From: Podarcis muralis
Lineage: Eukaryota
NCBI RefSeq assembly: GCF_964188315.1
Contig: NC_135671.1
Span: 35,774,001 to 35,838,000 of the forward strand
DNA: 64,000 nucleotides
Reading direction: 5' to 3'
Positions 50,046-62,714 of this stretch are shown in pieces. The notes below the pieces were generated by a model, which made no database searches, was not told the origin of the DNA, and saw only the letters and a list, made by a program, of their open reading frames with translations. Position numbers and translations under genes: made by a program. The first letter of the stretch is position 1. Each line of letters starts with the position of its first letter.

Positions 50046-50403
50046 AGGGACACGGGTGGTGCTGTGGGTAAAAGCCTCAGCGCCTAGGGCTTGCCGATCG
50101 GAAGGTCGGCGGTTCGAATCCCCGCGGTGGGGTGCGCTCCCGTTGCTCGGTCCCAGCGCCTGCCAACCTAGCAGTTCGAAAGCACCTCTGGGTGCAAGTA
50201 GATAAATAGGGACCGCTTACTAGCGGGAAGGTAAACGGCGTTTCCGTGTGCGGCTCTGGCTCGCCAGAGCAGCGATGTCACGCTGGCCACGTGACCCGGA
50301 AGTGTCTCCAGACAGCGCTGGCCCCCGGCCTCTTGAGTGAGATGGGCGCACTACCCCAGAGTCTGGCAAGACTGGCCCGTACGGGCAGGGGTACCTTTAC
50401 CTT
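50046..50403 (+). mobile_element. Sauria SINE
   Basis: 13-bp TSD taaacagggctgc; inserted into an L2 3' fragment. Confidence 0.92.
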
Positions 50404-50640
50404 TAAACAGGGCTGCCTTCAGATGTCTTCTAAAAGTCTGGTAGTTGTTGTTCTCCTCTGGTAGGAGGGCGTTCCACAGGGCGGGTGCCACTACTGAGAA
50501 GGACCTCTGCCTGGTTCCCTGTAACTTGGCTTCTCGCAGCGGGGGAACCACCAGAAGGCCCTCGGCGCTGGACCTCAGTGTCCGGGCAGAACAATGGGGG
50601 TAGAGACGCTCCTTCAGGTATACTGGACCTGAGTAATAAT
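50404..50640 (-). mobile_element. L2 3' fragment
   Basis: GTRQRSFSVVAPALWNAL...FRRHLKAALF. Confidence 0.75.
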
Positions 50641-51238
50641 ATTTTACACCAGCAGTTCTATGGAGTTGTTTCTTTAGTAGCCAGCCAATTTAATGATTGC
50701 TCTGTATTGCTTTTAATGGCTTTTTAAAAGATTCCACATTGCGGAGGACTCCCCTCAGCATAGATTATAGATTCCCTCTCATAGATCATTCTATGAGAGG
50801 AAGGTATATAAATATTTTAAGCAGACAAACAATTTTTCAGTTGAAGTTAAAGTGTTACAAAAATCAGAATTATTAATAATTTATGTTTATGAGAATTAAT
50901 TAATCATGCTTGATTTGCTTTTGTACTAATTGCTTGCTTCTAAGTATATTTTTTCTAAAGCACAGGACAGTCAGAGAGGGAATGAAATGCAGGCTATGTG
51001 TAAGCAGATAATACCAAGAACAGAGCTGGCAGAACCAGCTAGCAGAACAAGGGTTTGCAACAAATTTGGCTGGCAGAGAGGAATTGGCAGTGCAGTGCAG
51101 GATAGATAACATGGCAAATACTCCTTTGTTTAACACTGTTTCTCTGGAATGCATTTTTTATATATAAACTCTGATTTCTTTCTGTACCACGCAGACCCTT
51201 TTTCTGACCTGAGAAGTCAGCGGTCTGTCCCTTCTTTA

Positions 51239-51592
51239 GGTAAAGGTAAAGGGACCCCTGACCATTAGGTCCAGTCGTGGTCGACTCTGGGGTTGCGGCG
51301 CTCATCTCGCTTTATTGACCGAGGGAGCTGGCGTACAGCTTCTGGGTCATGTGGCCAGCATGACTAAGCCACTTCTGGCAAACCAGAGCAGTGCACGGAA
51401 ATGCCGTTTACCTTCCCGCTGGAGCGGTACCTATTTATCTACTTGCACTTTGACATGCTTTCAAACTGCTAGGTTGGCAGGAGCAGGGACCGAGCAACGG
51501 GAGCTCACCCCATCGCTGGGATTCGAACCGCCAAACTTCTGATTGGCAAGTCCTAGGCTCTGTGGTTTAACCCACAGCGACACCCACGTCCC
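51239..51592 (-). mobile_element. Sauria SINE
   Basis: Full length; flanking repeat gtcccttcttta. Confidence 0.92.
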
Positions 51593-52916
51593 TTCTTTAT
51601 TCAGCTGAATAAACCTGAGTTCTGCCTCTAAGAAGTCTGATTCCCTTTCCTTGAGTGGAAAATCTGGAACACCTATCCAAGGGAAGAACAGCATAGATTT
51701 CTGCAACAAAGGATTTATAGTGTGATCCTAATCTCCCAAATATACCAGCTGGGAGAGTTTAGAGTGTGGGGTGAAATCTCCCTTGATCCGGGCCACCTTC
51801 ACTTGCAGAGGAGATCTGCTGGTGGATGCAACCCCTGACATAGCTGCCTCCTTAGGTTTGTTCTGCAATGAAACATTTTGGGGAGGTTAAGATAATGGGA
51901 CTCACCAGGGCAGGAGACGTTGACATGGTCAAACAAGTAGTTCCATCACATCCTGATGTTGTGATCTGTGCAAAGAACAGAGATTTTGGAGAGAAAAAAC
52001 TAGGTTGAGGCAAACCGTTGACAGTGGCAAGAAATGAGGATTCCTTTGCTGGCTGTAATTATTGATGCTTTAATTTATAGTGAATTGCCCTGAGACCCCT
52101 GGGTATAGGGTGGTATATAAATTCAATAATAATAATAATGGAAACCTGTTAACTTTTAAAAACTAACCATTTCAGAGGTTTCATAAGTGAGGAGTGGGGG
52201 ATTCCTATAATAATGATATTGCCAACTGATAGAGGAAGCACCTCAAAGTTAATATATTCAATGTCTATTGCAAGAAGTGATCATTTCGTGGCAAGATCAC
52301 CCAGTTGGTTTCCCTGTTCTAATGAATCAGTGGCTGCAGCATGTCTTTCTCCTCCTTAGTTCTCTGGTCAGCAGACTCTTTTTACCCTCTCGAGTCCCAG
52401 GTGGATTAGAACATGACCAGAGCCCTGCTGGATCAAGCCAAAGCTCTTTCGAGTCCAGCATCCTGTTCTTAAAACATCCCATCAGATGGCTGGGGCAAGA
52501 CAACAAAGAGCAGGCTCTGAATGTAACTGCACTCTCCCCACCAGTAATCTCCGGCAACTGGTATCCAGAGATAACATGACTGGTATTCTGAGCCAGACCA
52601 TTAATCCATCTGGTTCAGTATTGTCTACACTGACTGGGTGCAGCTTTCCAGGCTTCCAAACAGGGAATTTCCCCAGTCTTACTTGGAGATGCTGGGGACT
52701 GAACCTGGGATCTTCTGCATGCAAAGGAGATGTTCCACCACTGAGCTATTGCCCTTCCCTTAATTGTGTCAACCTGTCGCTATTTCAATAGAGTGGGAGG
52801 TTTTCTCCAGAGGCAGCAGCAGGTGCCAGCTGGGTGCATGTGAGGCTTGTTAATCAAACCACTTCTCCCCTCTAGAGAGCTGTACTTTCTTAGCTAAACT
52901 CAAGAGAGGGCCCAGA

Positions 52917-53873
52917 CATAGCTGTCAACTTACCGATTTGAAAATAAGGGACCAGCAGCCAAAATAAGGGGTTTTGCTTATACAGAAATCCGGCAATGAT
53001 GGAGCCATGCTGCTTTTGCTGCCACTGACTGTGTTTTGCAGGGGGTTGGACTAGATGATCCTAAGGGTCTACAACTCTGACCAAAGAAGAGTGGCACACA
53101 AAACTGATGAACGACGTCGAGATGGCAAAGCTTACAGGCAGAATTAGAAACCAGGAAGAGGACCTTTTTAATAAAGAATGGGGAAAGTTTATAATTTATT
53201 TGAAAAGCTATTGTAAAGAGTTTCATACACTGGTAGGATTGACAGAAAACTTGTAGTAAAAATTTGAACAATGGATGGACAAATGATTTATAAAAATAGA
53301 GTTATGAAAGGGATGCAGAGGGGGAAATCACTACATTAAGATGCTGCACAGGTTGGAGGGTATGCTAAGCAGCACGTTGGGGCTGCCGTCGTCCTGGCGC
53401 GAGGAGTTCCATCGGCCCTTCCCCGCCTGAGAGAGAGGGAGGGAGGGAGACTTGCCCATGCTGCCCGTGAGCCCGGCATGAGGCGGCTTCGGTGCTGCGG
53501 CGGCCGCTGAAGTGCCGCCCTTCTGCGTCCCTCCCCATCCCCTCCTCTTCCTCCTTCCTCAGGCTGCCTCCTCAGCCACCGCCGCCACTTCCGGCTTCCC
53601 CTGGCACTGTGGCGGAATTCTCGCAAGAGAGGGGCTGTCTGCCCACCCGCCGCCACCTGTCTCCTCACAACGTGCCCCTGAGGGGGGAGAGACGGAGACG
53701 CGGCAGCCAGTGCGTGCTCTCTCTCATGCGCTCTCTCTCGCGGTGTAGCCTCCCGAGCTGGGCGAGCATGAAACCTGGGAAATTTAAGAGACATCATCAA
53801 TCCAGGACAGCAGTGGGAAACTGTGCTGGGATATGGGAGTTTCCCACCAAATAAGGGGCGGTTGACAGCTACG
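52917..53873. mobile_element. Non-autonomous hAT element with CR1/L1 remnants and a GC-rich segment inside
   Basis: TIRs catagctgtcaac/gttgacagctacg; perfect 8-bp TSD ggcccaga at 52909-52916 and 53874-53881. Confidence 0.85.
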
Positions 53874-54057
53874 GGCCCAGATCAGAAGGTTTGTAATCAC
53901 CAGTGATGCAATTTTGCACGCCCTGGTGGTGGGATACAAAGATGCTTTGCATGGAACCTCCTCTCTCAGGGCGGCCTCTGAGCTATTGCTGAAGGCACCC
54001 CCCCCCCACACAATTTATTTAACTGCTCTTAATTTGAACAATCCTATCTTCATTGTT

Positions 54058-54421
54058 GGGACGTGGGTGGCGCTGTGGGTAAAAGCCTCAGCGCCTAGGG
54101 CTTGCCGATCGAAAGGTCGGCGGTTCGAATCCCCGCGGCGGGGTGCGCTCCCGTTGTTCGGTCCCAGCGCCTGCCAACCTAGCAGTTCGAAAGCATGCCA
54201 AAGTGCAAGTAGATAAATAGGGACCGCTTACCAGCGGGAAGGTAAACGGCGTTCCGTGTGCTGCGCTGGCTCGCCAGAGCAGCGATGTCACGCTGGCCAC
54301 GTGACCCGGAAGTGTCTGCGGACAGCGCTGGCTCCCGGCCTATAGAGTGAGATGAGCGCACAACCCTAGAGTCTGGCAAGACTGGCCCGTACGGGCAGGA
54401 GTACCTTTACCTTTACCTTTT
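54058..54421 (+). mobile_element. Sauria SINE (same subfamily as 50046)
   Basis: 14-bp TSD tatcttcattgttg. Confidence 0.92.
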
Positions 54422-55082
54422 TATCTTCATTGTTGCCTTTCCTAGCCTATTCACATGCAACAAGTGCTCAAGGTTGCTGGCTTATGGGAATTTCCTGGAA
54501 CATTAACGCCAGCTTTTCCTTTACTTACCATAGTTCCAAGGTGAAATTTTTAAAACCACGTTATTCAGTCCTCCCACATTGATTGACATATAGTCTGATT
54601 CAGCTCGAGTTGTAAGATCCTGTGGTTTTTAGTTGCTAGTGTTGAACGAGAAGCTGGGAGAGCAGACAATAGAACACACATGGCCAAAAAACAGTCAAAC
54701 ACAGTTACAGCTTTAAGCCAACACAAGGGCAGTAACAGCTTGTTCCTTTCAAGCAGGTTTTCAAGCCACCTGGATCTCTTCAGGCATTGCTCCTCTTCCT
54801 TGTTGGGCACTCCCAGTCACTGTTCTGTATCCAAGATGCTGACCCCATCCTTGGCACGCCCAAGACGAGCTTCCAACACATTTAAGCCTAGATGTAAGCC
54901 AGGGAATTCTAATCTAGGAATTAGAATGGAGCTCAGGCTTACAGCCTTACCCCCACCCCAAATTCATAACAATATATTTATTCTGAGACCATCCGGTTAA
55001 TGTGAGTATTCCATAATGTTACCTGATCCAACAGGGGTCATAAGAAGTGTTTGTTGATGTTAATATGTTATAAATGACCACT

Positions 55083-55240
55083 NNNNNNNNNNNNNNNNNN
55101 NNNNNNNNNNNNNNNNNNNNNNNNNNNNNNNNNNNNNNNNNNNNNNNNNNNNNNNNNNNNNNNNNNNNNNNNNNNNNNNNNNNNNNNNNNNNNNNNNNNN
55201 NNNNNNNNNNNNNNNNNNNNNNNNNNNNNNNNNNNNNNNN
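55083..55240. other. Assembly gap (158 N)
   Basis: Seen directly. Confidence 1.
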
Positions 55241-55316
55241 CTCAGTTGTGATATGTTCTGAAAGTGCTACATACTGTATTCTAACACACCAAACCTTCAC
55301 GATCAATCCTTTAGAT

Positions 55317-55926
55317 CAGGGGTGGGCAATCTAAGGCCCAGGGGCTGGATGCGGCCCAATCACCTTCTCAATCCGGACCGTGGACGATCCGGGAATCAGC
55401 GTGTTTTTACATGAGTAGAATGTGTCCTTTTATTTAAAATGCATCTCTGGGTTATTCGTGGGGCATAGGAATTCGTTCATCTCCCCCCCCCCAATATAGT
55501 GCAGCCCACCACAAAGTCTGAGGGACAGTGGATCAGACCCCTGCTGAAAAAGTTTGCTGACCCCTGGAATAGAGCCTTACTGCGAAGACTGTGTTGTTGG
55601 TCAGCATGCACTGATCTACACACATAAAACAAATTCACTCACAAATTCACTCATGCCATCGGAATAGAGCATGGGTAGGCAAACTAAGGCCTGGGGGCTG
55701 GATCCGGCCCAATCGCCTTCTAAATCCAGCCCACGGACGGTCCGGGAATCAGCGTGTTTTTCCATGAGTAGAATGTGTGCTTTTATTTAAAATGCATCTC
55801 TGGGTTATTTGTGGGGCAAAGGAATTCGTTCCTTCCTCCCCCCCCCAAAAAAAATATAGTCCTGCCCACCACTTGGTCGGCGGGACGGTGGACCGGCCCA
55901 CAGCTGAAAAAGGTTGCTGACCCCTG
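55317..55926 (+). mobile_element. Two direct-repeat hAT MITEs (55317-55566 and 55670-55926) with interleaved TSDs
   Basis: ctttagat flanks the pair; gaatagag flanks the internal spacer. Confidence 0.88.
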
Positions 55927-56315
55927 CTTTAGATAGAACACCTTTTAAAACCATGTCTGAAGCACAGTGTATTTGAAGTGCATGCTCTCCTTTCTTTTTG
56001 AAACGCAAACGTACTAGCCAATGTATTTATTTATTTTTAGGGTTAAAGGATTTGTGCCTTTGGCATGCATGTCTACTGCAGATGACCATCTAATTGTTTA
56101 TAGCACTAGTGAGTCATATGAATGAACCAGCAAGTTGGTCAAAAACAGAATAAACTGAAGTGGTCTGAAATATAACACCCACCCACAAATTTTGCTCCTG
56201 GTGGCTTTTGTAGAGCTCTGTATGTACCCCTTTTATGATTTCTATTTATTTAAACATTGCCGCCCACACAGACACCACCGGGGGAGATTCTGCTTCCATG
56301 GGCTGTGATTTGAAT

Positions 56316-56597
56316 GAAGAAGAAGAAGAAGAAGAGGAGGAGGAGGAGGAGGAGGAGGAGGAGTTTGGATTTGATATCCCATTTTTGTCACTACCCCAAG
56401 GAGTCTCAAAGCGGCTAACAATCTCCTTTCCCTTCCTCCCCCACAACAAACACTCTGTGAGGTGAGTGAGGCTGAGAGATTTCAGAGAAGTGTAACTGGC
56501 CCAAGGTCACCCAGCAGCTGCATGTGGAGGAGCAGGGAAGCGAACCCGGTTCACCAGATTACGAGTCTATCGCTCTTAACCACTACACCACACTGGC
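56316..56597 (-). mobile_element. Squam3-like SINE with (GAA)n(GAG)n tail
   Basis: Homologous to 9303-9552. Confidence 0.8.
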
Positions 56598-57362
56598 TGT
56601 CATGAACAGATAGATCCTGGGGATAGAAAAGATAGATTCTAGAATGAAGAGATAGATCCTGGGGAGATCCTTTAGAAGACTCACATAGAAACAGTCACTG
56701 TGCTCCGAAGCCCAAATTGAGTATTTATGAAGTGGACAAAGGGCTACTCTGATTTTCTCTCTCTTGCTTTTAACACTGGAAAGCTCCCTGGACATTGACT
56801 TCAAAGGGTGGGATCTTTGCTACTCAGGATGAATGCTTTTTAAAAAATGAGAACAGATTTATTTAGTATGTAGAGCAGACTAACACTGATGAACACCCTT
56901 GATACCTCCATATTCATCCCAATTTCTTCCCTTTCCTGATTTGATAGCTATGTAGCTTATTCTTTATATATGTCTGTTCATTATAAATGACCCAGCTGCT
57001 AGATGAGCACCTTTTTTACTTGATTTCCAATATTGCCTTATTCTTTATATATTTCTACTTTTATTTTCATATATAAATTCATTGCTAGATAAACAAAATA
57101 TAATTACATTTTTCAAGTTAAAGCAGCTGGCAAGTTCCACTGTAAACATTTTTATGTTTAAATAGAGTAACTTAATTTAATCTAATTAAATTAAATTAGA
57201 GCAATACAAACTATAGTAAACTCACACTGCGGAAGCAACGAGGTTGCTCTAGAATAACCTTACACTTATTCCTAAAAAACATATGTTGGGGCAAAAAGTA
57301 AACACTACTTTCATCAATAGTCTCTGACTTTCCTTATTCAATGGAGGGAACCTCTGGACCCC

Positions 57363-59260
57363 TCAGTGCCGCCATGGATACCCATATCGATTTGAAATGT
57401 TCATTTCTTTCTCCCGCTCCACAAAATATTTCACTCTCCCTATGGAAGTCCATTGTGATGCCTCCTCCCTCTCCCTCTGAGCTTGCCGTTTCATTGCCTC
57501 TCGGATGGGCCGCTGTTCTTCGGTTATCGGCAAGGACTCCTCGAGGTCGTCTGGAGGTGTCCTCCAGGGAATAAAAGTATCCCCTCGGTATGGCGGAGAG
57601 GCTGGTGGTTGCAAGGGCTGAGCTCTTGTTACAGAGGGTCGGATGTTGCTTGGGAACCTGGAGCTTTGGCGTGGCACAGCTGGTGGGTGAGGCCGGGTGG
57701 GCAGCCTCCCAGCATTGGTGGGATGTGGTCTTAACCAGCTGGTGTGGGAAAGCTGTGACGTGGGTGGCCATCCTTCATATGTAGCTGGTGGCTTTGGCAG
57801 TGGTTTTGGCAATGGATGTTCACAATGAGTGGGCAATCTCTGGGAGGAAGAAGAAGAAGAAGATTGCTGCCTAGGAACGGAGAAGGGTGCCAGCCTCCGC
57901 GCCAAGTGGGGGGCTGGCCTTGGCAGGGAGGGGGGCTGGGTAGGGGGCACTGGCTTATGCAGGGACTTCAGGAGAGGTACCTCCTGTGGAGCCTGTGAGT
58001 TCCCAGAACTACTGCTGGTGGCAGTTAGTGGAGGGAGATTTCTGGCCACCGTGGATGTATTCTTCTTCTTCCCAAGGGGATGGAAGACTTGCACAGACTC
58101 CATCATGTGCCAAGCCAGATTGGTCCTTGGGATTGGCACCAAGGGGCGCTCTTCCAATTTGATCTTTTTCCCTTTAATGCCTGGTGTGCTCCCTTTTACT
58201 GTGGCCTTCTCTTTGGTTTCAGGTCCCATCTCATTTTTCTCCAATCCTGTCTGGCAGTGTTTGGAGTTTCCTCTATCCAGATTGTCCTCTTCGTTTTTTA
58301 AACTTCCCTCCTCTTGAAATGGAAGCTTTCTCTTTTCCTTACATTTTTTCTCCTGACTAGGATGACTTTCCTTAGAGCCCGTTATGCTTGTTCCCTCTAT
58401 GCTCAGAATACACTTGGGAAACTTGGGTGAAACTTCTGCCTTTGTCGAAATGCCTTTCCTTTTCCCCTTAATCTCTGATAATGCCTTTGGCTTCATGGAC
58501 TTTTCATGGGTGGGCTGGCATTTTTTAGAGCCCTCTGGGATAGGTTCCAGAGTGATTCTGGGGAGCTTGATTAACGTCTGGGACTCAGCAACACCCCACT
58601 TTCTTCTCCCTGTCATGCTGATGGGTTTGCCTTCAGTTTTCCCGTTCCCCTCGTGTTTGCCTTTGCTTTGGGTGGAGTCACATTTTGACTTCTGGGTTTT
58701 CTTCAAGGATTTGGGTCTCAGAGGATCTGGTGGAAATGGAAACCCAATATCTTTTAAGATGTAAACTGGGCGCTGGATCAGTGGATTACCCGAGGGCTTA
58801 TTCAGTTTTGTATCCTGCTCATCTGTTGGAGGAAGTGATGCCTGTCCCTGTGTTGCTGAGCCCTTTCTGAGTATGGCCATCTCTGTGCCCTTGATGTTTA
58901 GATCTTTCACAAAGGAATGCGGGTGCAGGGCTTTTGGCACCTCTTTGCATGGCTCAGGGGCATCCGGGATTGACTTTGCCTCTACTCTGAAAGACCTTGT
59001 GGACACTGGTGCTGATGACTGGTGGCTCCCCAGGGCTTCCTCTGGAAGGCAGGCCTCCGCCAGCATTCCTTCACTGCCTTTGGTTGTCTCACTGGAAGCA
59101 AGAGGTGGAAAGAGGCCTTCTGGAATAAGCGGCTCCAGTGAAGCAATCAGGGTCTCTATCTCGGGATACTTGGAGAGGAGGTCCTCTGGCAGCTGGAACT
59201 CGTCTCGGAGGAGACTTTCTTCATCGGCTGGTTGGGGAGGTGGTGGCGGATGTTCCACCA
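57363..59260 (-). CDS. C2orf78: C2orf78/DUF4629-like protein, last coding exon
   Basis: HMMESVQVFHPLGKK and PITEEQRPIREAMKRQAQREREEASQWTSIGRVKYFVEREKEMNISNRYGY match my recall of C2orf78-family motifs; acceptor tttctttcag, phase 1. Orthology is not established. Confidence 0.8.
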
Positions 59261-59534
59261 CTGAAAGAAAACAAATGAAAAGCACAGCACTGAGTGTCTG
59301 AAGACAAAGAATCTACTCCGGTTGGCTGAGACAAACTTGAGGAAGTCCAAGACTCCCATGACTATCTGTTAGAGCTTCTCCATATTAAATAAAGTTAAAA
59401 AGTGGCATATGGTTCTGGCTCCATGTTTATCATGTGTAGATTCTTAGCTGACCTATCAGAAGTGCTAGATTAGGCCATGACATCTAGCCCGGAAGGCACA
59501 CTTGGAAAGCACATGGTCTCAGTCACCCACTTAC

Positions 59535-59660
59535 CATTCAGCGCAGCATTGTTGGCCTGGGTTCCTTCCAGTTTTTCTTGTGCTATAGATGCACCTAGGA
59601 CATCTGTCACTTGGGCACTGACTGCTCCTGTCCCCTGAAGTCCATGTGGGACTTGTACCA
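59535..59660 (-). CDS. C2orf78: C2orf78-like gene, 126-nt internal exon
   Basis: Acceptor tttctttcag and donor G|gtaagt; phase 1-1 and open. Confidence 0.7.
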
Positions 59661-60453
59661 CTGAAAGAAATTAATCAGGAGGGATCAGTGATTCTACAGC
59701 CAAGGAAGACCATTAATTAATTAATTCAGTTACTCTTTCTTCCGTCCAGAGGAAGGTAAGTGAAGGCCTTGTTCTCTGTCCTAGGGAGGCTCAGCAGCCA
59801 TAGACTTTCCAACTAGATAATGCACAAAACTGTCTAAAGGTGGGCAGGCTGGCTGCCTGAAGGTGGGATCAGGGGCTAAAGTGGCCTAGTTGCACTACTG
59901 GGCTCAGTGTGTTGTCAGTGATATAAACTGGGGTCCATTTTTATATACCTCAGTGTTCAGTGATGAGGTGACAGCGGGGAAACTGAATAGTATAAGGTAC
60001 CCTGAATCCAACATTGTCCCAGAGGATTATGGGTGGTAGTATATGGTGTGTGGTATGCTCACATGACATGCTGTTTTGGATTAAGAACATAAGCCTATGA
60101 GAAGAGCCCTGGCTAAAGGCCCATCGCGTCCAACATCCTGTTCTCAGATGATACAAGGAGGACCTGCGTAATACAGTGCTTTCCCCACTTGTGATTCTCA
60201 GCAACTGAGAATAGGGAAGGTAGAATATGGCTGTTGTGGCCAGTAGCCATGAATAACTTCAGCTATGAAATTGGATTGTTTTTCTAAACAAACTTGTTTC
60301 TCCACTGCGATGAGAGGTTGTCCCTTGCTATCATAATCTTGCCAGAATTGTGCACTGTACAGTATTCCAAATGTGGTTCCACCGTAGATCAGCTTTTGGA
60401 TATTGTAACTTACTCTGTTCCATAAGAATATACCCAACGCTCACCCACATTGC

Positions 60454-60797
60454 GGATGCAGGTGGTGCCGTGGGTTAAACCACAGAACCTAGGGCTTGTC
60501 GATCAGACGGTTGGCGGTTCGAATCCCAGCGACGGGGTGAGCTCCCATTGCTCAGTCCCAGCTCCTCCCTACCTAGCAGTTCGAAAGCACGTCAAAGTGC
60601 AAGTAGATAAATAGGTACCACTCTGGTGGGAAGGTAAACGGCATTTCCGTGCGCTGCTCTGGTTTGCCAGAAGTAGCTTAGTCATGCTGGCCACATGACC
60701 CGGAAGCTGTATGCCAGCTCCCTTGGCCAATAAAGCAAGATGAGTGCAGCAACCCCAGCAATCCGTGACTGGACCTAATGGTCAGGGTCCCTTTACC
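60454..60797 (+). mobile_element. Sauria SINE in an intron of the C2orf78-like gene
   Basis: Full length; flanking repeat cacattgc. Confidence 0.9.
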
Positions 60798-60933
60798 ACT
60801 CACATTGCAGGGCCATGTGGAAATGGTACTAGGAAATGGTACCTACTGAGGCTAGGTTAATTGCCTGATGGGTTAGAGGGTCCCAGACACCCATTAGAAA
60901 GCAAATGATTCATTTACAAAGATGAGCACAAAC

Positions 60934-61590
60934 CTTGTGAGGCTGGAAAGTACCCAGTGGCTGGGGCAGGTTCCAGGGTGGACTGAGGTTCCACCTGCTG
61001 GAGGACCAGGAGCATTTCATTGTTCGCAGCTGGTGGCATAGGGACAGCGCTACCAATCCGGACGATCGGGTTCCTCTGCTCCAGTGGGATGGGAGCTAAT
61101 GTTCCATGGTGGTAGAGGCCCACCCCGTCCTGGAAGGTGGTTGGACGAATGGGTCCAAGACCAGGAGGCTGCACCTGAACCAGCTGGAGGTGAGGTTGTC
61201 TATATAATTGATTCACAGGTCTGGCTGTTGCAAAGTCCCTGTGCTGTGTTTGCAATGGTGCATACAGAGGCACTGAGAGATGTCCAGTTGTGCCCCACCC
61301 ATGGAAAGAAGGACGGAGAGCTACTGGGGTGAACAGCTGCTGCTGATCATTCGGTACACCCTGTAAGAGAGGTATTTCACCATGAAGGTATCCCTGGGTG
61401 GTGGTGCTGCCTTGGTTTGGTTGGAAGGGCAGAGCTGATCCTTGAGCCTGCAGCCAACCGCAGTTCTCACATGGTGCTGATGAGTGGGAGATGCTGTGCT
61501 GACATTCTCCCACCGTGGAGCTGGTAGTCACGGGGGTGCTCTGAGGCTGGCTGTTGCCCCCTTCGGTCCGCCTGCTGTTCGGAGCCTGAT
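60934..61590 (-). CDS. C2orf78: C2orf78-like gene, 657-nt internal exon (Q/P/T-rich)
   Basis: Acceptor tttgtttgcattgcag and donor AAG|gtttgt; phase 1-1, open for 219 codons. The upstream start exon was not identified. Confidence 0.68.
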
Positions 61591-62714
61591 CTGCAATGCA
61601 AACAAAGTGAGCAGGAGTGTAAAGATCCCTGCAGTTTTTGATCAGCCTTCCCAAGAATGAGCCCTTCCTTAGCAAAGTGGTTTTCTTACTGTCAGGTCAG
61701 CCTCTTTACCACTTCTAATTGTTAGGTATTTTAGAGACCCCTTTCTCCAGTTCCCTCTCTACTCTTCAGTTACTGCTATCCATCCCTCCTGCCTTTGGGC
61801 CTTAACCCCTCATGAATGTATGCTGTTCTCAGCAATGCCCACCTTGTTTGACTTTTCCCCAACTCCCTTTGCTGGAGGTTCTAAACTACTGGATCTTTGA
61901 AAAGGGTTGTGTAAAATGCTGATGAATGGCCTTCTTTTGCTGCCTTGAGGTCTTCCTGCTATTCTATTATCCCCTAGTATCTGGTTGCTTATGATCCCAT
62001 TGGGGAGGAATCTTTTCCCCATCCTATCTCCCTCCCTCTCTCTTCCATGGAGAAATAGCGCCACCCTGCTGATGTTGCCATAACACATTCTGTCTTTCAT
62101 GATGCTCTGCTATGTCCCCCCCTCCCCCGGGTAAACATGAGGGTGAATTTTTCCCCAGTGCTCCTCACCCATGCTCAGTGTCAATTCTAGTCAGTATCCC
62201 TTAGGGTGAACCTATGGATCTGTGATCATATGAACCTGTTTACTGCTGTCACCACAGTAACCAGCAAGATTCTAACTGGCCAGAGAATGTTATGATGCAA
62301 AAGGCAGTGCAGAGTCATGGGCAGTTGGCCTGAACTGAAGGTGCCAGGAAAACAACGATGTCTGTTAGCGGAACTGAAGAGTAACTGAAGTTATGGCCAG
62401 TTTGAGTCATAACAAGCCCTACCACACTCTCCTCCCATTGAGGGCATCCCCCCAGTGTGACCGAGTTAATCTGGATACCTAGTGAAGTGACAGGCACCCG
62501 CTACCATAAATCTAACACCTTTTAAAGCCACCTGTTTATATAACTTGGCGAGATAAGGGTCACAACAGCAACAAAGAGCATCATTCATCTAAGGACGCCA
62601 CTCCTCTCAAAGAACAATTGCTGTTTCTGGCTCTCAGATGAGAGCAGAATCAAACCAAACTTCATTTGGCTCTGGATCAGTGGATAATTTATGGATATGT
62701 ACTTATTGATCTAT

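Noticed and set aside
3132-60797. tRNA-like A/B boxes at SINE heads as possible tRNA genes
   Set aside because: They are followed by SINE bodies, tails and TSDs, with no complete cloverleaf.
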